Positions 40,978 to 51,292 of a stretch of DNA of 64,000 nt are shown here, piece by piece. This stretch comes from Eubacteriales bacterium (GTDB lineage Bacteria > Bacillota > Desulfotomaculia > Desulfotomaculales > Nap2-2B): positions 421-64,420 of the forward strand of contig JBAZGB010000003.1 in NCBI GenBank assembly GCA_041653135.1, in the 5' to 3' direction. Both the position numbers and the translations under genes were made by a program. A model generated the notes under the pieces. The model was not told the DNA's origin. It saw nothing but the letters and a program-made list of their open reading frames with translations, and made no database searches. Each line of letters starts with the position of its first letter. Within the stretch, counting starts at the first letter, position 1.

Positions 40978-41135
40978 ACTCTTCCCCGTTTTGAATTAAT
41001 TCCATAAAATTATATAGTTAAACGGAACAATAATCAACAAGTCGGATATAAACTCCTTAACGCGAGGAAGCTTCCAAATTTACATACCCTATTGTATAAT
41101 TTATAGGTTACTCTAATAAGACAGGTCGTTTAACT

Positions 41136-42326
41136 TTGAAATCTTTACTGTTGCTGCTGTTTTTAACGGAATTTGCCCGGGGGGCTTTCTTTTATACATT
41201 TCTCCCCATCTGGGTCGTCAATGACCTTGCCGTGTCTATTACAATTGTCGGGCTTACCGTATCGGCCCACTATTTCTCCGAAACCATCTTTAAAACGATC
41301 GCAGGCTGGGAATTTGACCGCCTGGGACGCCGGATTCTTTTAGGAGGCCTGTTGCTGTCTTTACTTTCCTTATTAGCGATCAAGTTTTGGTCTGTCCCGG
41401 CAGTATTGATCGGCGGAGCGGCACTGTTTGGCCTCGGTTTCTCCCCGGTATGGCTGGTAGTAATAAGCAGGGTTGCTCCTGTTGGAATTCCCAACAGGGC
41501 TTCACGCATCGGCTTTGTTTTTTCATCCTGGATGGCCGGCGCCGGTGGAGGAATGATCAGTATAAATTTCTTTATGTCAAAAAGCCATGAATTGATCTTC
41601 TGGCTGATTATTATCTTATGGACGCTTTCCCTGCCAATTGCCTGGTTTGCTACTTCAGGCAGAAGAAAACTGCCGAAATCCGGCGCTGAAGGTCACCGGG
41701 GAATGTCAAATACTCTTAAGCAAATGGCCTCCAATAACCTGACCAGGCTGCTGATCCCGGGAATGTTCCTGCAAACTTTGGCAGCCGGTCTCCTCCTGCC
41801 TGTTTTACCTATTTTTGCACAAAGAAATTTACTTCTTGATTATAACCAGTACGGTATCCTTTTGCTTGCGGGAGGCGCTGCTGCAGTCATTTCACTCTTG
41901 CCGATGGGTTACCTGGCAGACCGCCTGCCTTTAAAAGCGCTGCTGGCCACAGGCTTCGGGGCAAGCAGCCTGATGCTCATCCTGCTGATTCATTGTCATG
42001 GTTTCAAGGAAATTATTTGTACGGCGGTACTCCTTGGCTTTTCGTATGCCATGGTTCTTCCGGCCTGGAACTCGCTTTTAGCTAAAATTATCCCTCCGGA
42101 AAGCCAGGCGACGGGATGGGGTGTACTTGCCACAATTGAAGGTATGGGAATAACTTTCGGCCCGGCCCTGGGCGCTTTTGTAGCCGGCAGGATTGGACTT
42201 AACGCTACTTTATTTGTGGCAGCCTGTGTTTTGCTGATTGCCGCATTTTTCTATTTACTCTGCCCTTTTGAAAAGATGCTTGTTAGCAATCAACAGGGGG
42301 TATCCTTCAATGGACCTGGTTTCTGA
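41136..42326 (+). CDS. MFS transporter (LtaA-like)
   Basis: Twelve TMs; GWEFDRLGRR and GYLADR loops; LTEFARG N-terminus. Confidence 0.85.
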   Translation: MKSLLLLLFLTEFARGAFFYTFLPIWVVNDLAVSITIVGLTVSAHYFSETIFKTIAGWEFDRLGRRILLGGLLLSLLSLLAIKFWSVPAVLIGGAALFGLGFSPVWLVVISRVAPVGIPNRASRIGFVFSSWMAGAGGGMISINFFMSKSHELIFWLIIILWTLSLPIAWFATSGRRKLPKSGAEGHRGMSNTLKQMASNNLTRLLIPGMFLQTLAAGLLLPVLPIFAQRNLLLDYNQYGILLLAGGAAAVISLLPMGYLADRLPLKALLATGFGASSLMLILLIHCHGFKEIICTAVLLGFSYAMVLPAWNSLLAKIIPPESQATGWGVLATIEGMGITFGPALGAFVAGRIGLNATLFVAACVLLIAAFFYLLCPFEKMLVSNQQGVSFNGPGF

Positions 42327-43569
42327 GATATTCATTTATTTTTTGTTTGTTTATGCCTTTATGCCTACCATCCTGGCCAGGATATTCCATATCGGCACAT
42401 TTTTTCAGGGTTCTCAGAACAAAAATAAAGTATTCATAACTTTTGATGACGGTCCTGATTCCGTCTATACACCCCGTATTCTAGACATACTGAAAGAAAC
42501 TCAAACGAAAGCCTGCTTTTTTGTTCTGGGGGAAAAGGCCAGAGCACACCCGGAAATTCTTCAACGCATCCAGGCGGAGGGGCATGAAATAGAAAACCAC
42601 GGATACAATCATCAATTTCCCTGGCTTCTCGGCCCGTTGGGCACAAAAAGGGATATAATGGAGACTTCATCCATTATCGCCGAAATAACCGGCAAACCCC
42701 CTCGTTTCTACAGACCGCCCTGGGGGGTTCTTAATTTATTTTCCTGGTTTTTTCTTAAAGGCCAGCAGATCGTACTATGGTCGTTTATGAGTTGGGACTG
42801 GACCAGACGGACAACAATCAGTTCAATTGCTGAACAGGTCCTTCCAAGAATAAAAAACGGTTCGGTGCTGATTTTTCACGACAGCGACAAAACACCGGGC
42901 AGCGCTCCAAAGTCCCCGGAAGTTGTCATTAGAATCCTTCCTGCCATTATTCGAGAAATAGAAAACCGGGGTTTGCAGGCTGCCGCCCTGTCAGAACTGG
43001 TTCCTGTTCAAAGGCAGAAATTATTCTACATTTTTTTCGAAAAATGGGATCGAATATTGATTCGCCTGATGGGCGCTAAAGACTTGTACGATAAGGGCCG
43101 GCCGACAGTTCTCCGGATAGCGATGTGTAAATATAAAGGCAAACAACTGCCTTTGCCTGACGGAACACTCCTTAAAAAGGGAGACCTGGTGGTGGATTTA
43201 CACCTGAATAACAGTTTTTTTAAGCGATTTGGTGAAAAGAATGAACTTTTAATGCTCGGCCTTTTGGCAAAGAATAAAATCCTGCAGGACTTGCCGGCAG
43301 TCGCCGAATGGATAGCCGCGAACCCCCGCTGCGATGAAATAAAGGCAATAACCGGCTTGACCATTCTCAACCGCGGCAGTCAGCAGATAGGTTTCCACAA
43401 TTTTGATCTCCCGCCTTTAAGAAGCTTCCTGATCAAACTGTACGAAGGCATGCTGCTGGTTATGTTTCATCCTGCGGGATACCGCCGCATTGCACGGCAC
43501 AAAAAAAAGCTAATTCCGAAACTGCTTGTGATGAGCAAAAAAGAACTGTTCAGGAAGTACCTCACTTAA
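42310..43569 (+). CDS. Polysaccharide deacetylase fused to a YkoP-like domain
   Basis: TFDDGP, HGYNH, RPPWG, LIFHD; C-terminal LPDGT.LKKGD.V..LH.NN. Start placed at the ATG at 42310. Confidence 0.85.
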   Translation: MDLVSEIFIYFLFVYAFMPTILARIFHIGTFFQGSQNKNKVFITFDDGPDSVYTPRILDILKETQTKACFFVLGEKARAHPEILQRIQAEGHEIENHGYNHQFPWLLGPLGTKRDIMETSSIIAEITGKPPRFYRPPWGVLNLFSWFFLKGQQIVLWSFMSWDWTRRTTISSIAEQVLPRIKNGSVLIFHDSDKTPGSAPKSPEVVIRILPAIIREIENRGLQAAALSELVPVQRQKLFYIFFEKWDRILIRLMGAKDLYDKGRPTVLRIAMCKYKGKQLPLPDGTLLKKGDLVVDLHLNNSFFKRFGEKNELLMLGLLAKNKILQDLPAVAEWIAANPRCDEIKAITGLTILNRGSQQIGFHNFDLPPLRSFLIKLYEGMLLVMFHPAGYRRIARHKKKLIPKLLVMSKKELFRKYLT

Positions 43570-44179
43570 TGAAAGAAGTTATTTCTTCAAGCGGGCGGAT
43601 ATTCCTTGGCGGAGATATATAGTCGGACCATCCCAGGGCAACCAGGGCGGCCAGACTTCGGGGAGGCTTAACCTCTAAAAGCTCTTCGAGATCCGGCCGG
43701 GCAACCATCGGGCCTGTCAGCCAGCATCCGCCGTATCCTCTGGAATGCGCAGCCAGAAGAAGAGTCTGTATGGCGGCGCCGATTGTCTGCAGATCAGGAC
43801 GGCAGCGCAGCGAATCAACTTCGTATTCCGAATAGCCGGCTTTAAACAGCATCTTGTCAAGAACAGTGCGATATTTAAACGTGCTTACTGCAATAACCAC
43901 CGGAGCCCTGGAAAACCACATGACAATTTTTTTAGGGTCTGATTCAAATTCTTCGTTGACCTGCCGGGCAAGCGAGTCAATTTTTTGAGATACAAGCCGG
44001 CTCATTTTATCCCTAATTTCCTGATTTTTTATAATAATAAAATGCCACATCTGTTGATCGCCGGAACTGGGAGAGTATGAAGCAAGCTCGATCAGGCTTA
44101 ATATTTCGGAATCCGGTATGTCATCTTTTTTGTATCTTCTTATGCTGCGGCGTTCCCGCACGACTTGGTCAAATTCCAT
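43562..44179 (-). CDS. Nitroreductase family protein
   Basis: RRSIRRYK, SPSSGDQQMWHF, LLAAHSRGYGGCW. Confidence 0.92.
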   Translation of the reverse strand: MEFDQVVRERRSIRRYKKDDIPDSEILSLIELASYSPSSGDQQMWHFIIIKNQEIRDKMSRLVSQKIDSLARQVNEEFESDPKKIVMWFSRAPVVIAVSTFKYRTVLDKMLFKAGYSEYEVDSLRCRPDLQTIGAAIQTLLLAAHSRGYGGCWLTGPMVARPDLEELLEVKPPRSLAALVALGWSDYISPPRNIRPLEEITSFIK

Positions 44180-44371
44180 CCAGCCTATCTTCCCTTCGTT
44201 ATCGGTTTTTAAAGTATCTTATCCTTTATTTGACGGCTTTGTCAACGCTCACTCCAGCTCTAAAGCAAGTCGTCCGCTGTTGAAAAACATTGTGCCCTCC
44301 GGATCGATTCTACTGAAATATTTACTTTGTGATTGTTTTTTAATAGAATTATGAGTAAAATTAAGATGCTT

Positions 44372-44399
44372 GCAGGAATTTGTTAAATCATGAAGAAGT
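44372..44399 (+). promoter_or_regulatory. SigH-like promoter
   Basis: GCAGGAATT-N11-GAAGAAGT upstream of the ligase RBS. Confidence 0.45.
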
Positions 44400-44439
44400 A
44401 ATTAGGGCAAACACCGAGGCATGTCAAGGAGGTTTAAAA

Positions 44440-45969
44440 ATGAGTCTGGTATCACGGCTTACTGAAGTTGGGCGTCTTTATCCTGATAAGGAAGCCATTG
44501 TCTATAATGAAAAACGGATCACCTACGGCAGCTTAATAGAACATATAAACAGGTTTGCCAACGGGTTAAAAAATTTCGGTATTCAAAAAGGCGATCGCAT
44601 TTTAATCGCTTTAGGAAACTGTCCGCAATTCATCATTTCTTATTTCGCTATAATGCAGGCTAAAGCCGTGGTTATACCTATCAATCCTCAATATGCCTTT
44701 AACGAAATTGAAAAAATAGCCGCCGACGCTCTCCCCGTTGCTGTAATTACGGATTCTTCGATAGCTTCGAACTTTATCAAGCTGAAAGAAAGAACCGGAT
44801 TGCCGGCCAATGTAATTGTAATTCGCTCCGAAAAAGAAAATTTTAAAACAGCCATTTCATTTAAAGAGATAATGGATAATGGAGAAGAATTTTTCCCATC
44901 CGAATACGATTATCATGATAATGACGTAGTCGAACTCCTTTACACTCATGGCCCTACCGGCATGCTGAGGGGAGCTATGCTGACGAACCAGAACCTGTAC
45001 AGCAACGCAATTGCGTTCTTGGAACTCTGCCGTTTAACTTCGCAGGATCGTGCTTTACTTGTTTCCCGCGCTTACCATGCTCCCGCCCAGACATGCGCCA
45101 TGAATGCCCCGCTTATGGCCGGGGCAACCGTAGTTATGCATGATATCTGGACCAAACCGGAAACCATCTTGCGAACAATTGAAGAAGAGGGAATCACTTT
45201 CTTCTTCGGCACACCTCCGATGTATAGAATACTGCTTGATTTTCCGGAGCACAGGCGGTTTAAAACAGATACTTTGCGGGTGACCTGCACGGCTGCAGAC
45301 CCGCTTCCTCCCGAAACTTTTCAGGCGTTTGAAGAAAAATTCGGGCTGCAAATAACCGAAGCATACGGCTGTACCGAAACATCCCCGTTAATCTGCTCAA
45401 ACCCGGTTGAAGGAACCAAAAAACCGGGTTCTGTGGGACGGCCATTGCCCGGCATAAATTTAAAAATCGTCGATTATGAAGACCGGGAAGTTCCGGCAGG
45501 ACAGGTTGGTGAAATTGTCGTCAGCGGGCCAAATGTCATGAAGGGTTACTACCACCGTGAGGAAGAAACCAACTGGGTTAAGCGCAACGGATGGTTCCAT
45601 ACCGAAGACCTTGCTTATCTGGACAGTGAAGGATATGTTTTTATTGTTGACCGCAAAAAAGACCTGCTTGTCCGGGGCGGCCTTAATGTGCACCCCCGTG
45701 AAGTAGAGGATGTGCTTTATACCCACCCTGCAGTATTCGAAGTAGCTGTGATAGGAATGCCCGATCCTGTCTGGGGAGAGGAAGTAATAGCATTTGTCCA
45801 CCTGCGGGAAAATACCCAAACTGACGCAAAGGAATTACAGGAATTCTGCAAGGACAAACTGGCCGGCTATAAAATTCCGCGTGCTATACATATCGTAGAC
45901 GAGTTGCCCAAAACATCATCCGGAAAACTTTTGAAACATGAGTTAAAAAATATTATCAAAAATAGCTAA
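44440..45969 (+). CDS. Long-chain acyl-CoA synthetase-like (ANL superfamily) protein with a divergent P-loop
   Basis: AGGAGG RBS and ATG at 44440; YGCTET, DRKKD, PKTSSGK motifs; P-loop reads YTHGPTGMLRG. Confidence 0.88.
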   Translation: MSLVSRLTEVGRLYPDKEAIVYNEKRITYGSLIEHINRFANGLKNFGIQKGDRILIALGNCPQFIISYFAIMQAKAVVIPINPQYAFNEIEKIAADALPVAVITDSSIASNFIKLKERTGLPANVIVIRSEKENFKTAISFKEIMDNGEEFFPSEYDYHDNDVVELLYTHGPTGMLRGAMLTNQNLYSNAIAFLELCRLTSQDRALLVSRAYHAPAQTCAMNAPLMAGATVVMHDIWTKPETILRTIEEEGITFFFGTPPMYRILLDFPEHRRFKTDTLRVTCTAADPLPPETFQAFEEKFGLQITEAYGCTETSPLICSNPVEGTKKPGSVGRPLPGINLKIVDYEDREVPAGQVGEIVVSGPNVMKGYYHREEETNWVKRNGWFHTEDLAYLDSEGYVFIVDRKKDLLVRGGLNVHPREVEDVLYTHPAVFEVAVIGMPDPVWGEEVIAFVHLRENTQTDAKELQEFCKDKLAGYKIPRAIHIVDELPKTSSGKLLKHELKNIIKNS

Positions 45970-45982
45970 AACCAACTGAACA

Positions 45983-47140
45983 TTACAAATTGCCCGGTTT
46001 CTCAGTGACCACAATTTGTATGGTGCGAAGTTTGCTTTCCCTGTACACGGTTACCGGCACACGCTGTCCGATTTTTGATTTGCTGATCAGTTCGACCAGG
46101 GCGTCCGGCGATACAACTTCCTTTCCGTCCCATTTGGTAATAATATCTCCCTGTTTTAAACCGGCGGCAGCGGCGGGACTGCCTGAAAGAATACCCGCCA
46201 CAAGAGCGCCCTTCGTTCCCTTATAGTTAAGGTAAGCGGACGTTTCTTCATTTAAAGACTGCACCTGAACGCCCAGCCAGGGCCGGACAACCTTACCCTT
46301 ATTAATCAATTCCTGGATTACTTTGTTAGCGGTATTAGCCGGTATGGCAAAGCCTATCCCCTGTGCCTGGGCGACGGCAGTGTTTATTCCGACAACTTGA
46401 CCGGAAAGATTTAAGAGAGGCCCTCCGCTGTTCCCCGGGTTAATTGACGCATCAGTCTGTAATAAATTCTTATAACTGCGGTTTTCAATATTGACCGGGC
46501 GTCCCTTGGCGCTGATCACACCAACGGTTACAGTATGATCCAGACCGTACGGATTGCCTATGGCGATAACCCAGTTACCAACCCTGATCTTGTCGGAGTC
46601 ACCCAGTTTCAGCGGGGAAAGGCGGCTTCCCGCTTTTACTTTTAATACGGCCAGGTCCAGATCATAGTCTGACCCTACCACACTCGCCTGCAGGGGCTCT
46701 TTGAATCCTTGAATGGTAGCCGTTATCCTATTAGCGCCTTCAATAACATGTTCGTTAGTCAAAATATACCCATCGCTTGAGATAATAAAACCGGAACCCA
46801 AACCGTGCTCCTCCCGCGGTTGCGCATTGCCAAAGGGGCTGCCAAAGAACTGCCTGAAGAAAGGATCGTTAAAGAAAGGATCATGCTGACGGCCGCGAAC
46901 CGTTACAGTATCGATTTTTACTACTGCCGGGCCTGCACTGCTCACTATTTCAGCCACAGCTTCCGCGCCCACTCCGGGAGGCGTTCCGGAAGCGCCGGCA
47001 AAATTACTTACCGCAACTCCGGATTTATTTCCTGCAAGCGGGTTGAGATCACTTACCGCTACACAGCCGCCCATAAACATTACCCCTGCTATAAAAGCAG
47101 CCAGCGCAATAAAAAGCAAGTTCCGTTTTAAATTCACCAA
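45983..47140 (-). CDS. htrA: HtrA/DegP-type serine protease with one PDZ domain
   Basis: GSGFII, TNEHV, DLAVLK, TDASINPGNSGGPL; PDZ. Confidence 0.94.
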   Translation of the reverse strand: MVNLKRNLLFIALAAFIAGVMFMGGCVAVSDLNPLAGNKSGVAVSNFAGASGTPPGVGAEAVAEIVSSAGPAVVKIDTVTVRGRQHDPFFNDPFFRQFFGSPFGNAQPREEHGLGSGFIISSDGYILTNEHVIEGANRITATIQGFKEPLQASVVGSDYDLDLAVLKVKAGSRLSPLKLGDSDKIRVGNWVIAIGNPYGLDHTVTVGVISAKGRPVNIENRSYKNLLQTDASINPGNSGGPLLNLSGQVVGINTAVAQAQGIGFAIPANTANKVIQELINKGKVVRPWLGVQVQSLNEETSAYLNYKGTKGALVAGILSGSPAAAAGLKQGDIITKWDGKEVVSPDALVELISKSKIGQRVPVTVYRESKLRTIQIVVTEKPGNL

Positions 47141-47170
47141 ATTACTCCACCTACCTTTACTTGTTCTGGT

Positions 47171-49099
47171 TTATAAACCGTTGGCTGTTGTTTTTGGCTT
47201 GATCAAAAAACGCTTATCACCCACTCTTTTGGTCACCTTGATCCTGTCAAAGTATTCCAGCAAGGGCAGCGCGTATTTCCTGGAAATATTAAAAAGAGTT
47301 TTAATTTCTCCGATCGAAATTTCATTATTTTTTTCCAAATACCCGGTCAAGAGTTTTTTTGCATCTTCAATGGCAGCAGCGTGAAAATAAAGTCCTTCCG
47401 CCACTTTGACCAGCGTCCCCTGCCGCAAAAAAAGCTGCAGGACTTCCTGAGACTGTAATTCGCCAATACCTTCCCCAGCGGAAACGCTTTCCCAATCCGG
47501 CGGTTGAAAGCCGTTTTTATAAAAGATATCTTCTACTTTCTTGATAATCTCCTGCTGGCCGTCTTCAAGTTTAGGCTGAAAACCTTTTAATGCTATTGTG
47601 TTCGAACCCGGACTTAAAATATTTTCTGCTCCCATTATCTTAAGCAGCGACTGAAGCTGTCTTGTGTTAAATTGGGGAAAAAGCCTGGAACGCAGTTCCT
47701 CACGGGGGAAACCTTCCCTTAAAGGATACTGGTGATGGTATTTCTTCAGAAGTTCGGTTAATTTTTCAACCCATTGCTTGTAAATCTCCCGGGAAATAAA
47801 AAAATGGTCATGATCCGCTGTCAGGACATACACTTTATTTTCCCCGCTCAGTTCTTCAAGCGCCCGGTCAGTTTCTTCCTCTTTAATCCCGGTTGACCGG
47901 GATATATCCGATTTGCTCCTGATTGTTTTCTGGCTTTTTAAATAGCTTTCCACCTGTTCAGCAGGGAGGCCAAGTTCACGAGTAACCAATGCTTCAATTA
48001 TTTCTTCCCGCATTCGTTTATGTTTCCTGGATGCCGAATCGACTACGACACCTCCTCCCAGAGTATGAACAGGAGAATATGACCGGAACACGAAACGGTC
48101 CCCTTTTATAGCCGCAACCGGTTCCTCAAGCAGAAATTGCGCATAAGCGGTTTCTCCGGGTAAAAGTTTATCCCTGTCCAACAGGATAACCCTGCCGAGA
48201 ATTTCAGCCGTACCAAGATAAAAACGAAGACGGGTCCGGTTTTCCAACTCCTTTTGCACATTTGCAAGCAAAGAAATCCGGGCATCCAGACGGTTGGCAG
48301 ACCTTAAAAACCCCGGCTTTGCCAAAACGCTTCCCCTTTGAGCCTGTTCCACACCTACACCGGCAATATTTACAGCCACCCTCTGCCCGGCCATGGCTTC
48401 TTTTACTTTTTCTCCGTGAACCTGCAGGGAACGCACCCTGGCAACCAATCCCTGAGGCATAATCTCCAGGTTGTCTCCGGTATGAATAACTCCGCTCCAG
48501 AGCGTGCCCGTCACCACTGTGCCAAATCCCGTTACGGAAAACGCCCTGTCTATAGGCAGCCGGGCCTGCCCTGCATTATCTTTTCCTTCCACCGGAACTT
48601 CGTCGATTTTTTTCAGCAGCTCTTCCAGTCCCTGACCTGTAACCGCAGACACCTCCACAACAGGGGATTCTTTTAAAGGGGTGTCTTTCAGGAAATCATT
48701 AACATCTTCCCGGACCAATTTTAAAAATTCTTCGTCAACCAGGTCAACTTTCGTCAAAGCAACTATTCCCCGGTTGATCTGCAATAAACGGACAATATCC
48801 ATGTGCTCCCGTGTTTGGGGCATAACTCCCTCATCTGCGGCTATAACCAGTAAAACAAGATCAATTCCGGCTACCCCGGCCAACATGTTTTTAATAAACC
48901 GCTCGTGACCGGGAACATCGACAATGCCTGCCCGGCGTCCGCTGGGAAGCCGGCAAAAAGCGAATCCCAGCTCGATGGAGATCCCTCTTTCCTTCTCCAT
49001 CTTTAACCTGTCAGTGTCAATCCCCGTCAGAGCTTTAATCAGAGCTGTTTTCCCGTGATCTACATGGCCTGCCGTACCAATGATAATATTGGTCATCAC
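47171..49099 (-). CDS. selB: Selenocysteine-specific elongation factor
   Basis: GTAGHVDHGKT, DVPGHERF, TKVD; winged-helix tail ending SRKYALPLLEYFD..KVTKRVGDKR. Confidence 0.97.
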   Translation of the reverse strand: MMTNIIIGTAGHVDHGKTALIKALTGIDTDRLKMEKERGISIELGFAFCRLPSGRRAGIVDVPGHERFIKNMLAGVAGIDLVLLVIAADEGVMPQTREHMDIVRLLQINRGIVALTKVDLVDEEFLKLVREDVNDFLKDTPLKESPVVEVSAVTGQGLEELLKKIDEVPVEGKDNAGQARLPIDRAFSVTGFGTVVTGTLWSGVIHTGDNLEIMPQGLVARVRSLQVHGEKVKEAMAGQRVAVNIAGVGVEQAQRGSVLAKPGFLRSANRLDARISLLANVQKELENRTRLRFYLGTAEILGRVILLDRDKLLPGETAYAQFLLEEPVAAIKGDRFVFRSYSPVHTLGGGVVVDSASRKHKRMREEIIEALVTRELGLPAEQVESYLKSQKTIRSKSDISRSTGIKEEETDRALEELSGENKVYVLTADHDHFFISREIYKQWVEKLTELLKKYHHQYPLREGFPREELRSRLFPQFNTRQLQSLLKIMGAENILSPGSNTIALKGFQPKLEDGQQEIIKKVEDIFYKNGFQPPDWESVSAGEGIGELQSQEVLQLFLRQGTLVKVAEGLYFHAAAIEDAKKLLTGYLEKNNEISIGEIKTLFNISRKYALPLLEYFDRIKVTKRVGDKRFLIKPKTTANGL

Positions 49100-49100
49100 T

Positions 49101-50570
49101 TCACCCCTGGAATAATTCCTTTTTCTCCTCTTTTAACAAAACACCTGACAATGCATCCAGGATCATTTTTTCTTCTCCGTTTTGGATGGTTCTTAAATCT
49201 AAAAGAAAGAGGTCTTCCCGTACCCTGCCCAAAACAGCGGGTTCATGATATCTTAAAAGCTGGCTGAACCGTTCCATGCTCAGTTTAAATGGTTTAACAG
49301 CCACCGCAAAGGAAGGCAGTTCCGCCGTCGGCATAGCCCCGCCTCCTACCCGGGAAACAGAGCTTCTGACAGTTATTTCCGCTTCTCTCTGTACAGCTTC
49401 TCTCAAGCTGCAAGCCATATCTTCCGCCCTCAACCGGATATCTTCCAAATCCCCAGTAATCATCCGCAACGTTGGAATATCTTCTAGGGCCTGCTCCGGA
49501 TTCAGGTATGACCTTAAGGTGGCTTCCAGCGCCGCCAGAGTTAGTTTGTCTATCCTCAACGCACGGGCCAGGGGGTTTTTATGCATTTCCTCAATAATTT
49601 CCTTTTTGCCGGCAACAATCCCCGCCTGTGGACCGCCAAGCATTTTATCCCCGGAAAAGGTCACCACACTGATACCGGCGCCCAGCACCTGTTGGACGGT
49701 AGGCTCAGCCGGAAGATTGAAAAACCCGAGATCCGCCAGAACACCGCTGCCCAGATCGCTCATTACCGGCAGGTTAAACTCCCGTCCCAGCTTGACAAGT
49801 TCAGAAACACTTGCCTGTCTGGTAAAACCTATAATATGGTAATTGCTTGTATGGACATGCAAAATCAACGCCGTTCTCTCGGTAATCGCCGCCCGGTAAT
49901 CTTCAACATAGGTCTTGTTGGTTGTGCCCACCTCAACAAGGGTACAGCCGCTCTGTTTCATAATCTCGGGAATGCGGAAAGAACCGCCTATTTCTACGAG
50001 TTGGCCTCTTGATACAATTACTTCCTTTCCCCGGGCCAATGTGCTCAAAGCCAAAAGGACAGCCGCCGCGTTGTTATTTACGGCCAGAAAGGACTCAGCC
50101 CCGGTTAACCTGAAAAGAATGTCTTGAACGGCGGCGTGCCGTGAACCTCTCCTGCCCGTATCAAGATCAAATTCAAGATTGATGTAACTTGACGCAGCTA
50201 AAAAGACAGCCTGACAGGCGGCCGTGCTTAATAAAGAACGGCCAAGGTTTGTATGCAGGATAACTCCGGTTCCATTGATTACTTTTTTTACATTTGATCC
50301 TGCAATCCTTTTAACCGTTTCCGCAGTTTCCAGCACGACAAGACCTTTTAGCTGTTCCCTGGAAAAACTTCTTCCTGATCCCTCGTTATTTTTTAATTCG
50401 TCGCGAATGCGGTCCAATGCGCTGCGTATTATTTCAAGAACAATTTCACGAGGATAAAAACTTAATAGTTCACTGATTTGGGAAGACTGCAGAATTTCAT
50501 TTACAGCAGGCAACTTGTGCAAGATCTTTTCTCCGCCGTTTACATCCAAATTTGTTTTGCCCCCAATCAT
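49101..50570 (-). CDS. selA: L-seryl-tRNA(Sec) selenium transferase
   Basis: INGTGVILHTNLGR, NNNAAAV, SRGQLVEIGGSFR, FSGDKMLGGPQAG. Confidence 0.97.
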   Translation of the reverse strand: MIGGKTNLDVNGGEKILHKLPAVNEILQSSQISELLSFYPREIVLEIIRSALDRIRDELKNNEGSGRSFSREQLKGLVVLETAETVKRIAGSNVKKVINGTGVILHTNLGRSLLSTAACQAVFLAASSYINLEFDLDTGRRGSRHAAVQDILFRLTGAESFLAVNNNAAAVLLALSTLARGKEVIVSRGQLVEIGGSFRIPEIMKQSGCTLVEVGTTNKTYVEDYRAAITERTALILHVHTSNYHIIGFTRQASVSELVKLGREFNLPVMSDLGSGVLADLGFFNLPAEPTVQQVLGAGISVVTFSGDKMLGGPQAGIVAGKKEIIEEMHKNPLARALRIDKLTLAALEATLRSYLNPEQALEDIPTLRMITGDLEDIRLRAEDMACSLREAVQREAEITVRSSVSRVGGGAMPTAELPSFAVAVKPFKLSMERFSQLLRYHEPAVLGRVREDLFLLDLRTIQNGEEKMILDALSGVLLKEEKKELFQG

Positions 50571-51292
50571 ACTGTCCCGACATGCACCGAAACTATACCG
50601 CCTGTTAGTTCGTGGTAGTGGGCATTTTTCAGGCCGGCATCCTCAAAAAGCTGCCGGATTTTCTCCTGATGAGGAAAATCTTTCAGTGAATTCGGCAGGT
50701 AGCTGTACGGGCCGCCGACTCCCGACCAGAAACGCCCTATTGCCGGTACCAGGTTATTGAAATAAAAATAATATAACTGTTTGAACAACGGGACGCTGGG
50801 CTTGGAGAGTTCCAAAGAAACTACCCTGCCCCCTTTTTTTACTACCCGCTTCATTTCCCGGATTGTCTTTTCTATACTCGGCACATTGCGCAGGGCAAAT
50901 CCTATAGATGCGCAATCGAAGCTTTCCTCCGGAAAAGGAAGATCAACTGCGTTCCCCTGAACCAGGGTAATCACATCTGAAAACGCTGCTGCAGCTATGT
51001 TGGATTCAGCCCTGGCCAGCATATTTTCGCAAAAATCCAGCGCCGTTACTTTTCCTTCCGGCCCCACTGCCCTTGCCTGCTCAATAGCCAGCATACCGGT
51101 ACCGCAGCAAACATCAAGGCCAAATCCACCCGGCTTCAGGTTTAACTCACCTGTTGCAAAACGGCGCCAGCCTTTGTCCAAGTTAAGACTCAGTATTGAA
51201 TTAAGCAGATCGTACCTGTGAGCTATTGCGGTAAAAATTTCGTGTACGTACTGCTCTTTGCTTTTATTATAAATCCCTTTATTTACCATCAT
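50567..51292 (-). CDS. menG: Demethylmenaquinone methyltransferase
   Basis: F..IA.RYDLLN, LDVCCGTG, GFALRNV, YSYL..S motifs. Confidence 0.93.
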   Translation of the reverse strand: MMVNKGIYNKSKEQYVHEIFTAIAHRYDLLNSILSLNLDKGWRRFATGELNLKPGGFGLDVCCGTGMLAIEQARAVGPEGKVTALDFCENMLARAESNIAAAAFSDVITLVQGNAVDLPFPEESFDCASIGFALRNVPSIEKTIREMKRVVKKGGRVVSLELSKPSVPLFKQLYYFYFNNLVPAIGRFWSGVGGPYSYLPNSLKDFPHQEKIRQLFEDAGLKNAHYHELTGGIVSVHVGTV

